The translations under genes and the position numbers were made by a program. A stretch of DNA of 64,000 bases from NCBI GenBank assembly GCA_964531795.1, contig CAZHHD010000002.1, forward strand, positions 1 to 64,000, written 5' to 3'. The notes beneath the pieces were generated by a model. It made no database searches. It was not told the origin of the DNA and was given only the letters and a program-made list of their open reading frames with translations. Shown piece after piece: positions 1-10,742 of the stretch (its first letter is position 1; each line of letters opens with the position of its first letter). Origin of the DNA: an uncultured Polyangiaceae bacterium. Its GTDB lineage: Bacteria > Myxococcota_A > Polyangia > Polyangiales > Polyangiaceae.

Positions 1-115
1 CGCGAAGGGAGCGCGAGCGACCGAGCGAGGGGGAGCGCAAGCTCCCCACCAGAGTGACCTAGTTCCTGAATCCGAAGGCTCGGCGCCGAAGGCGACGAAC
101 TTCGGATTCGGGACA

Positions 116-1072
116 CTACGGCGTCTTCACGGTGACGCGGTTTCGTCCGGCGTGCTTCGAGGCGTAGAGCGCTTCGTCGGCGCCGGCGATGAGCTCGTCG
201 ACCGTCTTCATCTCCACGTCGGGGAAGGTGCACACGCCGATGCTCACGGTCACGGGGACGCGCGACCCCTCGAAGTCGAAGTGGGCGTTGGCCACGATCC
301 CGCGCAGGCGCTCGGCCAAGAGGCTCGCGTGCGCGCCGGGGATGCCACGGCACACGATGAGGAACTCTTCGCCGCCGTACCGCCCGAAGACGTCCTCGGT
401 GCGGAGCGCGCCGCCGATGAGCGACGCCAAGTGCTCGAGCACGTAGTCGCCGCCGAGGTGCCCGCGCTCGTCGTTGATCTTCTTGAAGTGGTCGACGTCG
501 AACATGAGGACGCTGAGCAACGTGCGGTGCCGCACGGCGTAGGCCATCTCGGTGCGCAGGCGATCCATCAAGTACTTCTTGTTGTAGATGCGCGTGAGCC
601 CGTCGCGCAGCGCCGACTCGTACATGGTTTGCTGGAACTTCTCTTCCAGCTCGTCGTGCATGCCGAACTTCAGGACGATGGTCGAGCCGAGGCGGATCTT
701 GTCGCCCTCTTTGAGCACCTGGCTCATGACCGGCTCGTCGTTGACGAAGGTGCCGTTGGCGCTCCCCAAGTCCTCGACGACGAGCTGCCCTTTCGAGCGG
801 ACGATGCGCGCGTGGCGGCGTGAAATGCCGTCGTCGGAGAGGCGCACGCTGGCTTGCGTGCCGCGGCCGAGAATTGTCTCCGGCCCGTCGAGCCGACACA
901 GCTCGCCGGCATTCGTCCCCGTGAGCACCAGCAAGCAGGCGCGGAGCTTGGGCGGCGCGTCGAGCGCTCGCTGCACCTCGGGGGCGATCGCGGTGATGTT
1001 CGTCGACTCTTCGGCGTCCCAATCCTCCATCTGGAGCTGGCGAATTTTGGGGTCCGAGGGCATCTCTCCCAA
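116..1072 (-). CDS. FHA domain-GGDEF diguanylate cyclase
   Basis: 318 aa. The N-terminal FHA-like region reads ...RLDGPETILGRGTQASVRLSDDGISRRHARI...GSANGTFVND. The C-terminal GGDEF core carries RYGGEEF and conserved DxD/HFK motifs. Confidence 0.85.
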   Translation of the reverse strand: MGEMPSDPKIRQLQMEDWDAEESTNITAIAPEVQRALDAPPKLRACLLVLTGTNAGELCRLDGPETILGRGTQASVRLSDDGISRRHARIVRSKGQLVVEDLGSANGTFVNDEPVMSQVLKEGDKIRLGSTIVLKFGMHDELEEKFQQTMYESALRDGLTRIYNKKYLMDRLRTEMAYAVRHRTLLSVLMFDVDHFKKINDERGHLGGDYVLEHLASLIGGALRTEDVFGRYGGEEFLIVCRGIPGAHASLLAERLRGIVANAHFDFEGSRVPVTVSIGVCTFPDVEMKTVDELIAGADEALYASKHAGRNRVTVKTP

Positions 1073-1219
1073 GGCTCGCAGATATGAGGGTCTCGCTCAA
1101 GCGAGAGCCCCCCGCCGCGCCCCCAGGACGCCCCCAAGAGAGCGCCCCCCGACCGCTCGTGGGACGCGGGCGCGCGACGACACCTCAACCGGTCCGCGCT
1201 CGTCGGAGGACGCGCGCTG

Positions 1220-2920
1220 TCAGTGGGCGACGTCGCCGTCGACCGTGAAGCGTACCCGGTTGTTCACGTGGGTCGTGTACCGCGGGTACTGATCGTGGAG
1301 GCGCACCTCGTAGGTGCCCGGCTTGTTCGGCGCGACCAGCCCTTGATCCGACTGACCGACGGACACGTAGCTCCAATCGCCCCACGTCGAGTCGGACGAA
1401 TCGGCCGGGAGCACCGTGATCCAAAATCGATCGCCCGCGGCGGGGAGGGCGGGGGAGAAGTGCGCGTCGAAGTGTTCCCCAGGAGCGACGTGCGTGCGCG
1501 AAAGCGAGAGGCCGATCCTCCCCCCTGCCGCCACGGGCGCGGTCGTCGGCGCGGCGCTCGCGACGCTCGTGGTCCCGGGGGCGGTGGTGCTCGGCGTGCC
1601 GATCGGATGCGCGGTCGCGCCCGGCGTGCGACCGGTGCGCGCCGTGCCCGGCGTCTTCGTCGCCTTGGGATCTTCGGTCGGTGTCGGCTCCTCGGTCGTC
1701 GTCGGGATTGGCGATTCGGTCGGCTCCGTCACCTCGATGGTCTCCGTCGGCGACGCGGAGTGCGCGCGCCCGAGCAGGAGCCCCGCGCCCACCACGCCCC
1801 CGAGGAGCACGAACGCGCCGAGGGCGACCAAGAGAATCCACCCGCTCGACGAAGCTTGCGGCGTGACGGGACGCGGCCCCGTCCACATCGGCGGCCCGGT
1901 GAGATCGTAGCGCGGCTGGCTCGTGTAGACGGGAGGTGGCATCGGCGCGTACGGCGAGCCGCCCATCGGCGCGCCGCCGCCCATCGCCATCGATGCCGCG
2001 GCCATCGCCGAAGGCGCTTGCGCGGGCACACCGCTCAGCGCGGCGCGGAGCGCGTCGAGCATCTCCTCGGTGCTCCCGAATCGCTCGTGCATCGGGCGCG
2101 CGGTGGCGCGCATGACGACCTGCTCGAACGCATCGGGAAGGTCCGGGCGCTTCCCGCGCACGCGCACCACGTGGCTCGCGCTCACGGCCGCGGCGATGAC
2201 CTGCGTGGGGGTCGTGAACGGGAACGCCGGCTCGAGCGTCGCCGCCTCGGCCAGGATGAGACCGAGCGCGAAGATGTCGCTCGCGGGCCCGGTGGTGCCG
2301 AAGCTCGGATCCCACTGCTCGGGCGAGGCGTAGCGCGGCGTGAACCCGGTGGTCCCCGACGAGACCTCTTGCGCCGAAGCGCGCGCGGTTCCGAAGTCGA
2401 GCACCTTGGCCGAGCGCATGCCGTTCGCCTCGGTCACGAGCATCACGTTGGACGGCTTGAGATCACGGTGCACCACGCCGTGACGATGCGCGAAGGCGAG
2501 CGCTTCGAGCACCGGCACGAAGACGCCGAGGAGCTCGGAAGCGTCGAGGCCGCCGCGGCCCGCTTGCCTTCGCGCGGCGATCTCGGCGTCGAGCCCGATC
2601 CCGTCGAGCTTCTCCAACACGACGTACGGCACGTTGCCGAGGCGCGTCGCGAGCTCGCCGACGTCGTACATGCGCACGATGGCGCGGTGGCTGAGGGAAA
2701 AGAGGATGCGCGCTTCGCGGAGAAACTGCTCGGTCGCCGTCTGCTCGCTCGCGTAGGCGCCGCTCACCGGCTTGAGCAGCTTGATGGCCACCGGGGTCTT
2801 GAGCAGAAGATGAAACCCTGCGTAGACGACGCCGTAGCCGCCTTCGCCCAAGGTCCCGTCGACCCGGTATTTCTCGGCGATGGTGGTGCCGACGATTTGA
2901 AAGGGGTCGCTCAACCCCAA
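1220..2920 (-). CDS. Hanks-type Ser/Thr protein kinase with Pro/Thr-rich linker, TM segment and C-terminal extracytoplasmic domain
   Basis: G-loop GEGGYGVVY, VAIK lysine, catalytic loop HRDLKPSNVML and DFG motif are all present. These are followed by a Pro-rich segment, a hydrophobic helix (WILLVALGAFVLLGGVVGAGLLL) and a ~180-aa C-terminal domain. Start not refined: an alternative upstream ATG would extend the CDS to 2929. Confidence 0.85.
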   Translation of the reverse strand: MGLSDPFQIVGTTIAEKYRVDGTLGEGGYGVVYAGFHLLLKTPVAIKLLKPVSGAYASEQTATEQFLREARILFSLSHRAIVRMYDVGELATRLGNVPYVVLEKLDGIGLDAEIAARRQAGRGGLDASELLGVFVPVLEALAFAHRHGVVHRDLKPSNVMLVTEANGMRSAKVLDFGTARASAQEVSSGTTGFTPRYASPEQWDPSFGTTGPASDIFALGLILAEAATLEPAFPFTTPTQVIAAAVSASHVVRVRGKRPDLPDAFEQVVMRATARPMHERFGSTEEMLDALRAALSGVPAQAPSAMAAASMAMGGGAPMGGSPYAPMPPPVYTSQPRYDLTGPPMWTGPRPVTPQASSSGWILLVALGAFVLLGGVVGAGLLLGRAHSASPTETIEVTEPTESPIPTTTEEPTPTEDPKATKTPGTARTGRTPGATAHPIGTPSTTAPGTTSVASAAPTTAPVAAGGRIGLSLSRTHVAPGEHFDAHFSPALPAAGDRFWITVLPADSSDSTWGDWSYVSVGQSDQGLVAPNKPGTYEVRLHDQYPRYTTHVNNRVRFTVDGDVAH

Positions 2921-2933
2921 GAACGTTAGCGCG

Positions 2934-3986
2934 TCAGGCGGCGCGTTCCCAGGCTTCGGCCAAGATGTCGAGGCAGCCGGCCAGGGAGTCGGTGAGCATC
3001 AGCTTCTGGCGCATCGCGGCGGCACCTTGAAGTCCGTGCAGGTACCCCGAGAGGTGCCGGCGGGTGACGCGCACCCCCCACGGCTCGCTCCGCTCTTCCA
3101 CGTTCGCGCGGAGGTGCTCCTCGCACATCGCCAGCCGTTCGGCGCGGGTCGGCGGGGCGATCGTCTCCCCGCGGAGGGCCCCTTCGATCTCGCGAAACAC
3201 CCAGGGGTGCTCGATGGCGCGGCGGCCGACCATCACGCCGGCGCAACCCGTCTCGGCGAGGGCGCGCACCGCGTCGGGCCCGCTCTTCACGTCGCCGTTC
3301 ACGATCACCGGGATCGACACCACTTCTTGCGCGCGGCGCGCCCAGCTCCAATCGGCCGCGCCCGAGTGGCCCATCTGCGCGGTGCGGCAGTGGAGCGTGA
3401 GGGCGGCGATGCCGGTGTCCTCGAGGCGTCGCGCGAGATCGACGATCGGCATGTGCGACTCGGGGCCGTAGCCGATGCGCGTCTTGACCGTCACCGGCAT
3501 CGCCACGCGATCGACGACCATCTTCACCATCGCGACCATCGCCGAAGGATCGCGCAACCAACCGGCGCCCGCGCCGCGCCCGGCGATCTTCGGCACCCAG
3601 CAGCCGCAGTTGATGTCGATGTAGAGCGGGTTCGCTTCCTCGGCCACGCTGGCCGCTTCGGCGAGGCGCTCGGGATCGGAGCCGTAAATCTGAATCGCCG
3701 TGAGCGCGTCGTCTTCGGCGAGGCGGATCTTGCGGCGCGCGTTGCGGCAGCCGCGGAGGAGCCCCTCGACGTTCACGAACTCGGTGACGCACAAGGTCGC
3801 GCCGTACTTGCGGCACAAGCGTCGGAAGACGGTGTCGGTCACGTCCTCCATCGGCGCCAAGACGACCGGTCGCTCGCGAAGGAGCTCCTTGGCGCTCCTT
3901 CGACCGAGAAAAGCCGGAGGATCGACGGGGCCAAGGGGCGCGGGGGAAGAGGGCGCGGCGGCCTGTTCTGTCGATTCCGGGGGCAC
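2934..3986 (-). CDS. tRNA-dihydrouridine synthase (Dus family)
   Basis: 350 aa. It has the Dus N-terminal signature VLAPMEDVTD..FRRLCRKYGATLCVTEFV and a TIM-barrel FMN-binding core (DINCGCW..K). Confidence 0.85.
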   Translation of the reverse strand: MPPESTEQAAAPSSPAPLGPVDPPAFLGRRSAKELLRERPVVLAPMEDVTDTVFRRLCRKYGATLCVTEFVNVEGLLRGCRNARRKIRLAEDDALTAIQIYGSDPERLAEAASVAEEANPLYIDINCGCWVPKIAGRGAGAGWLRDPSAMVAMVKMVVDRVAMPVTVKTRIGYGPESHMPIVDLARRLEDTGIAALTLHCRTAQMGHSGAADWSWARRAQEVVSIPVIVNGDVKSGPDAVRALAETGCAGVMVGRRAIEHPWVFREIEGALRGETIAPPTRAERLAMCEEHLRANVEERSEPWGVRVTRRHLSGYLHGLQGAAAMRQKLMLTDSLAGCLDILAEAWERAA

Positions 3987-4092
3987 GGGACAGCTCTTTA
4001 GCAGAACCTGAAGTACGAGCCACGCCCCGACAAATCACCAATTTGCCGCTCCGCTCGCTCCGCGCGTCGCGAGCAGGTAAAATCCTCGGGTC

Positions 4093-5685
4093 TTGGAGGC
4101 ACAGAGCCCGACCGGCCAGCGGACCCCCTCGTCGGGGATTCGCCTGGGCAACTACGAGCTGCTCCTCGAGCTGGCCTCGGGCGGGATGGCCACGGTCTAC
4201 GTGGCACGTCAGCTCGGCGCTGCCGGCTTCGAGCGCCTCGTCGTCGTGAAGCGCGTGCATCGGCACCTTCTGAACAACGCCGCCTTCACCGGCATGTTCA
4301 TGGACGAGGCCAACGTCGCCTCGCGCATCCATCACCCCAACGTGGTGCCGGTCATCGACGTGGTGGAGGCGGAGCGCGAGCTCTTCCTCGTGATGGACTA
4401 CGTCGAGTCGGTCACGCTCGCGAAGCTCCGCTACACCGTGAGCAAGCTCCGCCAGCGCGTGCCGCCGCCGATCCTCGGGCGCATCATCGCCGACACCTTG
4501 GCCGGGCTTCACGCGGCGCACGAAGCGGTGGACGTGCACGGCGCGCCGATGAACGTCGTGCATCGTGACGTCTCGCCGCAGAACATCCTCATCGGTGTCG
4601 ACGGCATGGCGCGCCTCATCGACTTCGGCATCGCCAAGGCCGAGCACCGCATCACCGAGACGCGCACCGGCTCGCTCAAGGGGAAGTACGGCTACATGTC
4701 CCCCGAGCAGACGCGCGGCGGCGATCTCGATCGTCGCTCCGACGTCTTCGCCCTGGGCATCGTCTTTTACGAAGTGCTCACCGGGCATCGCATCTTTCAC
4801 TCCGAGAGCGAGTACGAGACCGTCCGGCGTATCAACGAGGATCCGGTGCTGCCGCCTTCGACGGTGGTGCCGAGCCTCCCGGCGGCGCTCGATCCGGTGC
4901 TCCTTCGTGCGCTGGCGCGGCCGCTCGACGAGCGCTTCCCCACCGCCGCGGCCTTCCTCGACGCGCTCGAGGCGGCGATGCCACTCGCTTCGCATCGTGA
5001 GGTCGCGACCTACGTGAACGAGCGCCTCAAGATGCAGCTCCAGGATCGTCGCGACACCGTCCGCGCGCTCGTCACCGGCACCGTCACGCCGAACCTCGCC
5101 GAGTCGGGGCTCCGCGCCTCGAACGCGCCGCCAGCGCAGAGCCTCACGCCCCCCTCGGCCTCGGTGACGCACACCGAGCTCGAGATCTCCTACGTGCGGG
5201 GGCCGAAGCGTCGCGCGGCGATCTATCTGGCGGTGGCGGCGGCCGCGAGCGTGGCCCTCGCCGCCTTCTACGGACGCAAGGCCGTCGTCGGAAGCGAGGC
5301 CTCCTCGACCGCGTCGCTCTCGGCCACCGCTTCCGCGCCGCCGTCGGCCGAGCCCTCCGCAGCGACCCCTCCGCTCGTGCCGAAGAGCGACGAGATCGAG
5401 CTCGTGTTGCTCGCCGATCGGAAGATCGTGGGGATTCAGGCGCAAGGTTTGAAGCGCATCGAGCCCGACGATCAGCGCGCGCGCATCGCCGTGCTCCCGT
5501 GGACCGGCGAGCTCACCATCGACGCGACGTTCGAAGGCGGCGCGCACGGGCACGTCGTCGCCGTCGCCGGTGGGCCGCGCGAGCTGCTCGTGAAGGTCGA
5601 CGCGCCGCCGCCTCCGACGGCTCACCCGCGCACGGGTACGACGCCGCCGGCGGCGCGGCCGCTCGAGATCAACATGGCGCGCTAG
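4093..5685 (+). CDS. Hanks-type Ser/Thr protein kinase
   Basis: The kinase domain carries LGNYELLLELASGGMATVY, VVVK, HRDVSPQNILI and DFG. The C-terminal half has a TM-like stretch (AAIYLAVAAAASVALAAF) and an Ala/Pro/Ser-rich region. Confidence 0.85.
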   Translation: MEAQSPTGQRTPSSGIRLGNYELLLELASGGMATVYVARQLGAAGFERLVVVKRVHRHLLNNAAFTGMFMDEANVASRIHHPNVVPVIDVVEAERELFLVMDYVESVTLAKLRYTVSKLRQRVPPPILGRIIADTLAGLHAAHEAVDVHGAPMNVVHRDVSPQNILIGVDGMARLIDFGIAKAEHRITETRTGSLKGKYGYMSPEQTRGGDLDRRSDVFALGIVFYEVLTGHRIFHSESEYETVRRINEDPVLPPSTVVPSLPAALDPVLLRALARPLDERFPTAAAFLDALEAAMPLASHREVATYVNERLKMQLQDRRDTVRALVTGTVTPNLAESGLRASNAPPAQSLTPPSASVTHTELEISYVRGPKRRAAIYLAVAAAASVALAAFYGRKAVVGSEASSTASLSATASAPPSAEPSAATPPLVPKSDEIELVLLADRKIVGIQAQGLKRIEPDDQRARIAVLPWTGELTIDATFEGGAHGHVVAVAGGPRELLVKVDAPPPPTAHPRTGTTPPAARPLEINMAR

Positions 5686-5707
5686 CGAGCTTGGCTCGCC
5701 CGTTTCT

Positions 5708-7969
5708 TCAGGCGAAACCGGCGCGCGCGAGCGGGAGCGTGCGCACGCGCGTCCCTTTGAGCACGCGCACGGCGTTGGCGATGGCCGGCGCGACCGGCGG
5801 CACCCCTGGCTCGCCGATCCCTCCCGGCGCCCCTTCGCTCGGCACGATCTCCACCTCGATGCGACGCGGCGCGCTCGGTGCGCGGACGAGCTTGTAGTCG
5901 TGGAAGTTCGACTGCGTCACCGCGCCGCCGCGCATCGTGATGGCGCCGTAGAGGGCGAGGCTCGATCCGAAGACGACGGACCCCTCCATCTGCGCGCGCG
6001 CCCGATCGGGGTTCACCACCGTGCCGGCGTCGACCACGACCCACGCCTCTTCTACTCGCACTTTCCCTTGTGCGTCGTTCGTCACCCACACCACGGTCGC
6101 GACGTAGGTGAGAAAGCTCCGATGCGCGGCGATCCCCATCGCGCGCCCGTCGGCTTTGCGGCTCTTGAAGCGAGAGATCTCCACCACGCGCTCGATCACG
6201 TGGCGCATCCTTGCGGTGTCGATGGGGTGGGCGGTGAGCGGCGCGCCGTAGTTCGGGACCTTGGCCACGCCGAGCTCTTCTGGGGTCACCGTGCGCGGCG
6301 GACCGTAGAGATCGAGCAGCACGTCCGAGGGATCACGCCCCGTGGCCTCGGCGATCTCGTCGGCGAAGCTCCCCACCGCGAAGGCGTGCTGAATGTTGCA
6401 CACCGAGCGGAGCCACCCGACGCGCGTCCTCGCCACGGCGTCGCACACCTCGGCGCGCACGTGCGGCACGGCGAGGGGGAGATCCAAGATCCCCTGCTGG
6501 AGCTCCATCTCGCTCGCGCGCACGACCCCGCGCGCGAAGGTGGAGCTGATGGACGGGAACGCGGTGCGGTGAAGCCACGCCGTCACGCGGCCTGCGTCGT
6601 CGAGGCCGGCCTCGAGGTGTTGTGCGCTCACGGTGTGAAAGTAGTCGTGGCGAATGTCGTCCTCGCGCGTCCACTGCACGCGCACCGGCGCGCCCGCCGC
6701 GCGCGAGAGGAGCACCGCCTCGGAGACGAAATCGGCCTTGGATTTGCGGCCGAAACCGCCGCCGAGCAAGGTGACGTGCACCGTCACTTTGCTCTCGTCG
6801 ATGCCGAGCGCGCGCGCCGCTTCCTTCTTCGCCGCTTGCGGGTTCTGCGTCGAGGTCCACACCTCGCACGTGTCCCCCAAGACGCGGGCGAGGGCCACCG
6901 GTGGCTCCATCGGCGCGTGCGCGAGGTGGGGTACGGCGTAGTCGGCGACGAGCTTCTTCTTCGCCGAGGCGAGCGCGGCGCTCGCGTCCCCCGCGCTCCG
7001 CACGACTTTGCCCGGCGCCTTCACCGCGGCGGCGAGCTCAGCGTCGTAGCTCGTCGAGTCGTAGGAAGCGTTCTCCCCCGTGCTCCACCTCATCTCGAGC
7101 GCGGCACGCCCGCGCATCGCCGCCCAGGTCGTGTCGGCGAGCACCGCGACGCCGCCCAGCGCCTGAAAGGCGTACGGGGCGGTGGGCGCGGGGAGCTTCA
7201 CCACGCGACGGACGCCAGGGATCGCGAGAGCGCGCGAAGGATCGTAATGCTCCACCGTGCCGCCCACGTCCGGCGGTCGCGCGATGACGGCGACGAGCAT
7301 GCCCGGGAGCGCGACGTCGGCGCCGAAGACCGCGCTTCCTGTGACGATGGCTGGACCGTCGAGGAGCGGGAGCGGGCCGCCGACGTGACGAAGCTCGCTC
7401 CGCGGCCGCAGCGCGACGTCTTCCAGCTTCGGGATCGGGAGCTTCGCCGCCGCCGCCGCCAGCGCACCGAACTCGAGCCTTCGCTTCGACGGCGCGTGCA
7501 CGACGTAGTTCCCCTCGGCGGTGCACGCCGAAGGGCTCACCCCGAAGCGCTTCGCCGCGGCGAGCACGAGCATCACGCGCGCGACGGCGCCCACGCGTCG
7601 CATCTTTTCGTAGATGGATCGCACGCTGCTCGATCCGTCGGTGTTCTGATCTCCGTAGGCGGCGTCGCCGTCGGCTTGAACGACCGTGACGCGCGCCATG
7701 TCGGCGCCCATCTCGTCGGCGATGAGCACCGGGAGGGAGCTCTTGACGCCTTGGCCCATCTCGGAGCGATGGCACACGATGGTGACCGCACCGCTCGTGG
7801 CCACGTGCACGAAGACGTTGGGCGCGAGCCCCGCGTCCGTGGCCTTCGTGTCGGGCGGCCCCGGCGGTCCGAGCGCCGCGGCCTCGTCGCTCACGCCGAG
7901 CCAGAGCCCGGTGGTCACGAGACCGAGACCGGCGAGGAACGCGCGCCTTCGTACCAGGGCGTCAGTCAT
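5708..7969 (-). CDS. molybdopterin-dependent oxidoreductase large subunit (isoquinoline 1-oxidoreductase beta / aldehyde dehydrogenase-like), Tat signal
   Basis: 753 aa. The N-terminus has a twin-arginine signal ([19 protein letters not shown]). The rest shows xanthine-dehydrogenase-family MoCo-binding motifs. Its start codon overlaps the stop of the downstream 2Fe-2S subunit gene. Confidence 0.85.
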   Translation of the reverse strand: MTDALVRRRAFLAGLGLVTTGLWLGVSDEAAALGPPGPPDTKATDAGLAPNVFVHVATSGAVTIVCHRSEMGQGVKSSLPVLIADEMGADMARVTVVQADGDAAYGDQNTDGSSSVRSIYEKMRRVGAVARVMLVLAAAKRFGVSPSACTAEGNYVVHAPSKRRLEFGALAAAAAKLPIPKLEDVALRPRSELRHVGGPLPLLDGPAIVTGSAVFGADVALPGMLVAVIARPPDVGGTVEHYDPSRALAIPGVRRVVKLPAPTAPYAFQALGGVAVLADTTWAAMRGRAALEMRWSTGENASYDSTSYDAELAAAVKAPGKVVRSAGDASAALASAKKKLVADYAVPHLAHAPMEPPVALARVLGDTCEVWTSTQNPQAAKKEAARALGIDESKVTVHVTLLGGGFGRKSKADFVSEAVLLSRAAGAPVRVQWTREDDIRHDYFHTVSAQHLEAGLDDAGRVTAWLHRTAFPSISSTFARGVVRASEMELQQGILDLPLAVPHVRAEVCDAVARTRVGWLRSVCNIQHAFAVGSFADEIAEATGRDPSDVLLDLYGPPRTVTPEELGVAKVPNYGAPLTAHPIDTARMRHVIERVVEISRFKSRKADGRAMGIAAHRSFLTYVATVVWVTNDAQGKVRVEEAWVVVDAGTVVNPDRARAQMEGSVVFGSSLALYGAITMRGGAVTQSNFHDYKLVRAPSAPRRIEVEIVPSEGAPGGIGEPGVPPVAPAIANAVRVLKGTRVRTLPLARAGFA

Positions 7970-8423
7970 CGCTCGCCCCCGAGGCGCGCTTCACGGCGGC
8001 GCGAATGCGCGTGTACGTGCCGCAGCGGCACAAGTTGCCGGCGAGCGCGGCGTCGATCTCGTGATCGGTCGGCTTGGGCCGCTTCTTGAGGAGCGCCGCC
8101 GCCGACATGATTTGGCCCGCCTGGCAGAACCCGCACTGCGGCACGCCGAGATCGACCCATGCGCGCTGGAGCGGGTGGCTGCCGTCGGGCGAGAGCCCCT
8201 CGATGGTCGTCACCGCACGACCTTCGGCGCGGCGCACCGGGGTGACGCACGCGCGCACCACCTCGTCGTCGATGTGCACAGTGCACGCACCGCACAGCGC
8301 CTGGCCGCAGCCGTACTTCGTGCCGGTGAGACCGAGCACGTCGCGGAGCGCCCACAAGAGGGGCATCTCGGGGTCGACGTCGAGGGCGTGGTCTTTTCCG
8401 TTCACGCGAAGAGAGATCTTCAT
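7962..8423 (-). CDS. (2Fe-2S)-binding small subunit of the Mo-oxidoreductase (IorA-like)
   Basis: 153 aa. It starts [10 protein letters not shown] and carries two Cys clusters (CGQALCGAC..; QCGFC...CRCGTY). The start was trimmed from the 532-aa track ORF at the ATG at 8421-8423, which overlaps the stop of the upstream cytochrome gene. Confidence 0.85.
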   Translation of the reverse strand: MKISLRVNGKDHALDVDPEMPLLWALRDVLGLTGTKYGCGQALCGACTVHIDDEVVRACVTPVRRAEGRAVTTIEGLSPDGSHPLQRAWVDLGVPQCGFCQAGQIMSAAALLKKRPKPTDHEIDAALAGNLCRCGTYTRIRAAVKRASGASDD

Positions 8424-9079
8424 CGGCGCTCCTCTTGCTCTCGCGGGCACTCCGCGCCGCTCGCGACCCACGCCGAGACGAGCTCGGCGAAGCGCGCTTG
8501 GCTCCCCGGCGCGCGCGTGCGCCCGGCGCCCGGCTCCCATCCCCAGGCGACGAGCGGATCGTGCGCCGCGTGCTCGACGAGCGCCGCGAGCGATCGGCCG
8601 CCGTTCCGCGCGGGATCTTTCACCTGCGCGCAGATCGCCGCCGGGCTCTTCCCTTCCCACGCCATGACGCGGGGCGCGAGGTGCCAACCCGGCGCGCCGG
8701 GGACACGCGCCAGCTCGAGGTTTCGATCTTGGTGGCACGACGTGCACGCGAGCGCGACGCCGCCGCGATCCTGCTCGCCGCGCTGGACCGGCGGATCGTG
8801 CAGGTGCCCGTCGTCCCCTTGATGCGGCGAGTCGCCGGTGGGGTGACAGTTCACGCAGCGCGGGCTCTTCATGACGCGCGAGGCTTCGGTGAAGAGCGCG
8901 CGCGATCGCTCGACGCGATCGGCGATGGCGGTGAAGGCGCCGGGCCGGCGAAGATCGCTCGCGTCGCGCTGCGGAGGAGGCGCGGTGGGCGGTCGCGAGG
9001 GGGCGCTCTCCCCACCGCACGCATGGATCGCGAGGGCGGAGACGAAGGCGAAGAGCGTGGTCGAGCGTCGCGCCGTCAC
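8420..9079 (-). CDS. diheme c-type cytochrome (two CxxCH motifs), secreted
   Basis: 219 aa. It has an N-terminal signal peptide and the heme-binding motifs CVNCH and CTSCH. It is co-oriented with, and overlaps, the IorA-like gene. Confidence 0.6.
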   Translation of the reverse strand: MTARRSTTLFAFVSALAIHACGGESAPSRPPTAPPPQRDASDLRRPGAFTAIADRVERSRALFTEASRVMKSPRCVNCHPTGDSPHQGDDGHLHDPPVQRGEQDRGGVALACTSCHQDRNLELARVPGAPGWHLAPRVMAWEGKSPAAICAQVKDPARNGGRSLAALVEHAAHDPLVAWGWEPGAGRTRAPGSQARFAELVSAWVASGAECPREQEERR

Positions 9080-9148
9080 GCGGCGAGCGTCGTGGATTTT
9101 GGCTCGCTCGGCAAGCTGCGGCGGAGGCGAGCGAACCTCCGCGAGCGC

Positions 9149-9556
9149 CTACGGCTCTCCCGCGCTGATCCACGCGACGATGCGCGCGCGCTCGGCGTCG
9201 GAGGGCTTGGGGCCCGAGCCGATGGGGAACTGCTTTGCCACCGGCGAAGCGGCGCACCCCCACGCGGGATCTTGCACCGCCGCTACGCCGCACCGCATCG
9301 GCGCCATGTCTTTCGCCACGTTCGCCTGCACGCTGTAGTCGCGCCCGGTCGAGTCCTTCGCCGAGTGGCAGGAGTTGCAGTAGGTGGCGAAGAAGCCCGA
9401 CGCGTAGCTCGTCCAGGTGTCGCTCGAGGCGGCGCTGTCCGTGGTCGCGCCGCCGGCGTCCGTGCTGCCGGCGTCGGTCGTCCCGACCGGCGTCGACGTC
9501 GACGAGCACGCGAGGGCGAGGACCGGGAGCGCGAGGATCGACGCGAGACGCTTCAT
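9149..9556 (-). CDS. monoheme c-type cytochrome lipoprotein
   Basis: 135 aa. It has a signal peptide with lipobox (LALAC) and a single CNSCH motif. It lies immediately upstream of the diheme cytochrome and Mo-oxidoreductase genes. Confidence 0.55.
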   Translation of the reverse strand: MKRLASILALPVLALACSSTSTPVGTTDAGSTDAGGATTDSAASSDTWTSYASGFFATYCNSCHSAKDSTGRDYSVQANVAKDMAPMRCGVAAVQDPAWGCAASPVAKQFPIGSGPKPSDAERARIVAWISAGEP

Positions 9557-9650
9557 GCACGCACTCTACCTCGAGGGCGCGCGCGCCGGTCGGTCCGTGT
9601 GCCCAGAGCTCGTCGGTCGGCTCGCCGGCGGGGCTGCCCTACGCGCCGCT

Positions 9651-10640
9651 TCAGTGCGTGGCGAAGAAGCTCCACATGAGCGCCGTGGCGTCGATGTCGC
9701 GGTTGACCCGTCCGACGATGCGCGGAGGCAAGTACTGCTTCCCGCCCGGCCAGGTGTGGCCTCCTCCGTCGATCGTATAGAGGTGCACGGCTTTCTCCGC
9801 GGTGCAGCCACCGAAGGCGTCGAGGCGCACTTTGCTGTCGTCGTCCTGATCCGTGTCGGGAGGGAAGCTACGATCCGGCTCCTTCGTGCAGCCGTCGGCT
9901 TGGACCCACATCGCGATCGACTCCGCGACCGACGCCGCGCGCCCACGCACGAGCGGACCGATGCGCACCGTGCCGCCGTCGTAAGGGACGATGGGATCGC
10001 TCGTTCCGTTGAACGCGATCACCGCGACCGGGCGCGAGGGCTTGCAGCGCGCGAGCACGTCGGGCCCGATGGTGCCGGCGACGAGCCCGATGGCCGAGAC
10101 GAGGTCGGCGCGCTCGCAGGCGAAGCGCGAGGTCATGAACGCGCCGTTGGAGATCCCGTTCATGTAGACGCGCGCGGCGTCGACGCCCGCCTCTCTTCCT
10201 GCGTCGGCGATGAGCGCCGCGAGGAAGCCTACGTCGTCGGCGTTCTCGCGAATCGCTTCTGACGGCGTATCGGTGCGTCCGTCGTTCCAGCTCTTGCCGA
10301 CACCTTGCGGGTACGCCACGGCGAACCCTCGCTGCTTCGCCAAGGCTTGCCATCCGCTCTGCGCTTCGAGCCCGCGCGCGGTGCCTCCGCCGCCGTGGAG
10401 CGCGACGACGAGCGTCACCGGCTTCACCGCGTTGGGCGGCACGAAGAGGAGGTAGCGACGCTCGTGCCCGGCGACCGACACCGCGCGCTCGACGACCCCC
10501 GGCGCCGGCGGAGGCTCCCCCGTCTGCGAGGCGTAGGTGCGCTCCACGTTCACCGGCGTGCCGTCGTCCTTCACCGTGCTGCGGCACGCCGAGAGGAACG
10601 CGAGGCCGGCGAAGATGGCCGTGGCAACGAGGGGCCGCAT
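9651..10640 (-). CDS. secreted esterase, polyhydroxybutyrate depolymerase-like (alpha/beta hydrolase) lipoprotein
   Basis: 329 aa. The start was trimmed to the ATG at 10638-10640, giving MRPLVATAIFAGLAFLSAC. It carries LHGGGG and GISNGA (GxSxG) motifs. The upstream part of the 696-aa track ORF is Arg-rich junk. Confidence 0.75.
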   Translation of the reverse strand: MRPLVATAIFAGLAFLSACRSTVKDDGTPVNVERTYASQTGEPPPAPGVVERAVSVAGHERRYLLFVPPNAVKPVTLVVALHGGGGTARGLEAQSGWQALAKQRGFAVAYPQGVGKSWNDGRTDTPSEAIRENADDVGFLAALIADAGREAGVDAARVYMNGISNGAFMTSRFACERADLVSAIGLVAGTIGPDVLARCKPSRPVAVIAFNGTSDPIVPYDGGTVRIGPLVRGRAASVAESIAMWVQADGCTKEPDRSFPPDTDQDDDSKVRLDAFGGCTAEKAVHLYTIDGGGHTWPGGKQYLPPRIVGRVNRDIDATALMWSFFATH

Positions 10641-10742
10641 CGCTCCATTGTAAACACCCTGGGGCGATCTCATAAGCCCTGCGCGCTCGTGCGAACTTGC
10701 ACGAGTGCCTCGGCGCCGTGGGAACCGCGCTAGATTCGAGCG

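Noticed and set aside
1185-2315. 376-aa and other Arg-rich ORFs overlapping the first kinase gene on both strands
   Set aside because: They are alternative frames of a confirmed kinase gene with extreme Arg content.
8424-9560. N-terminal extension of the 532-aa ORF 7962-9560
   Set aside because: It is Arg-rich and covers two better-supported cytochrome c genes in other frames. The 2Fe-2S subunit starts at 8423.
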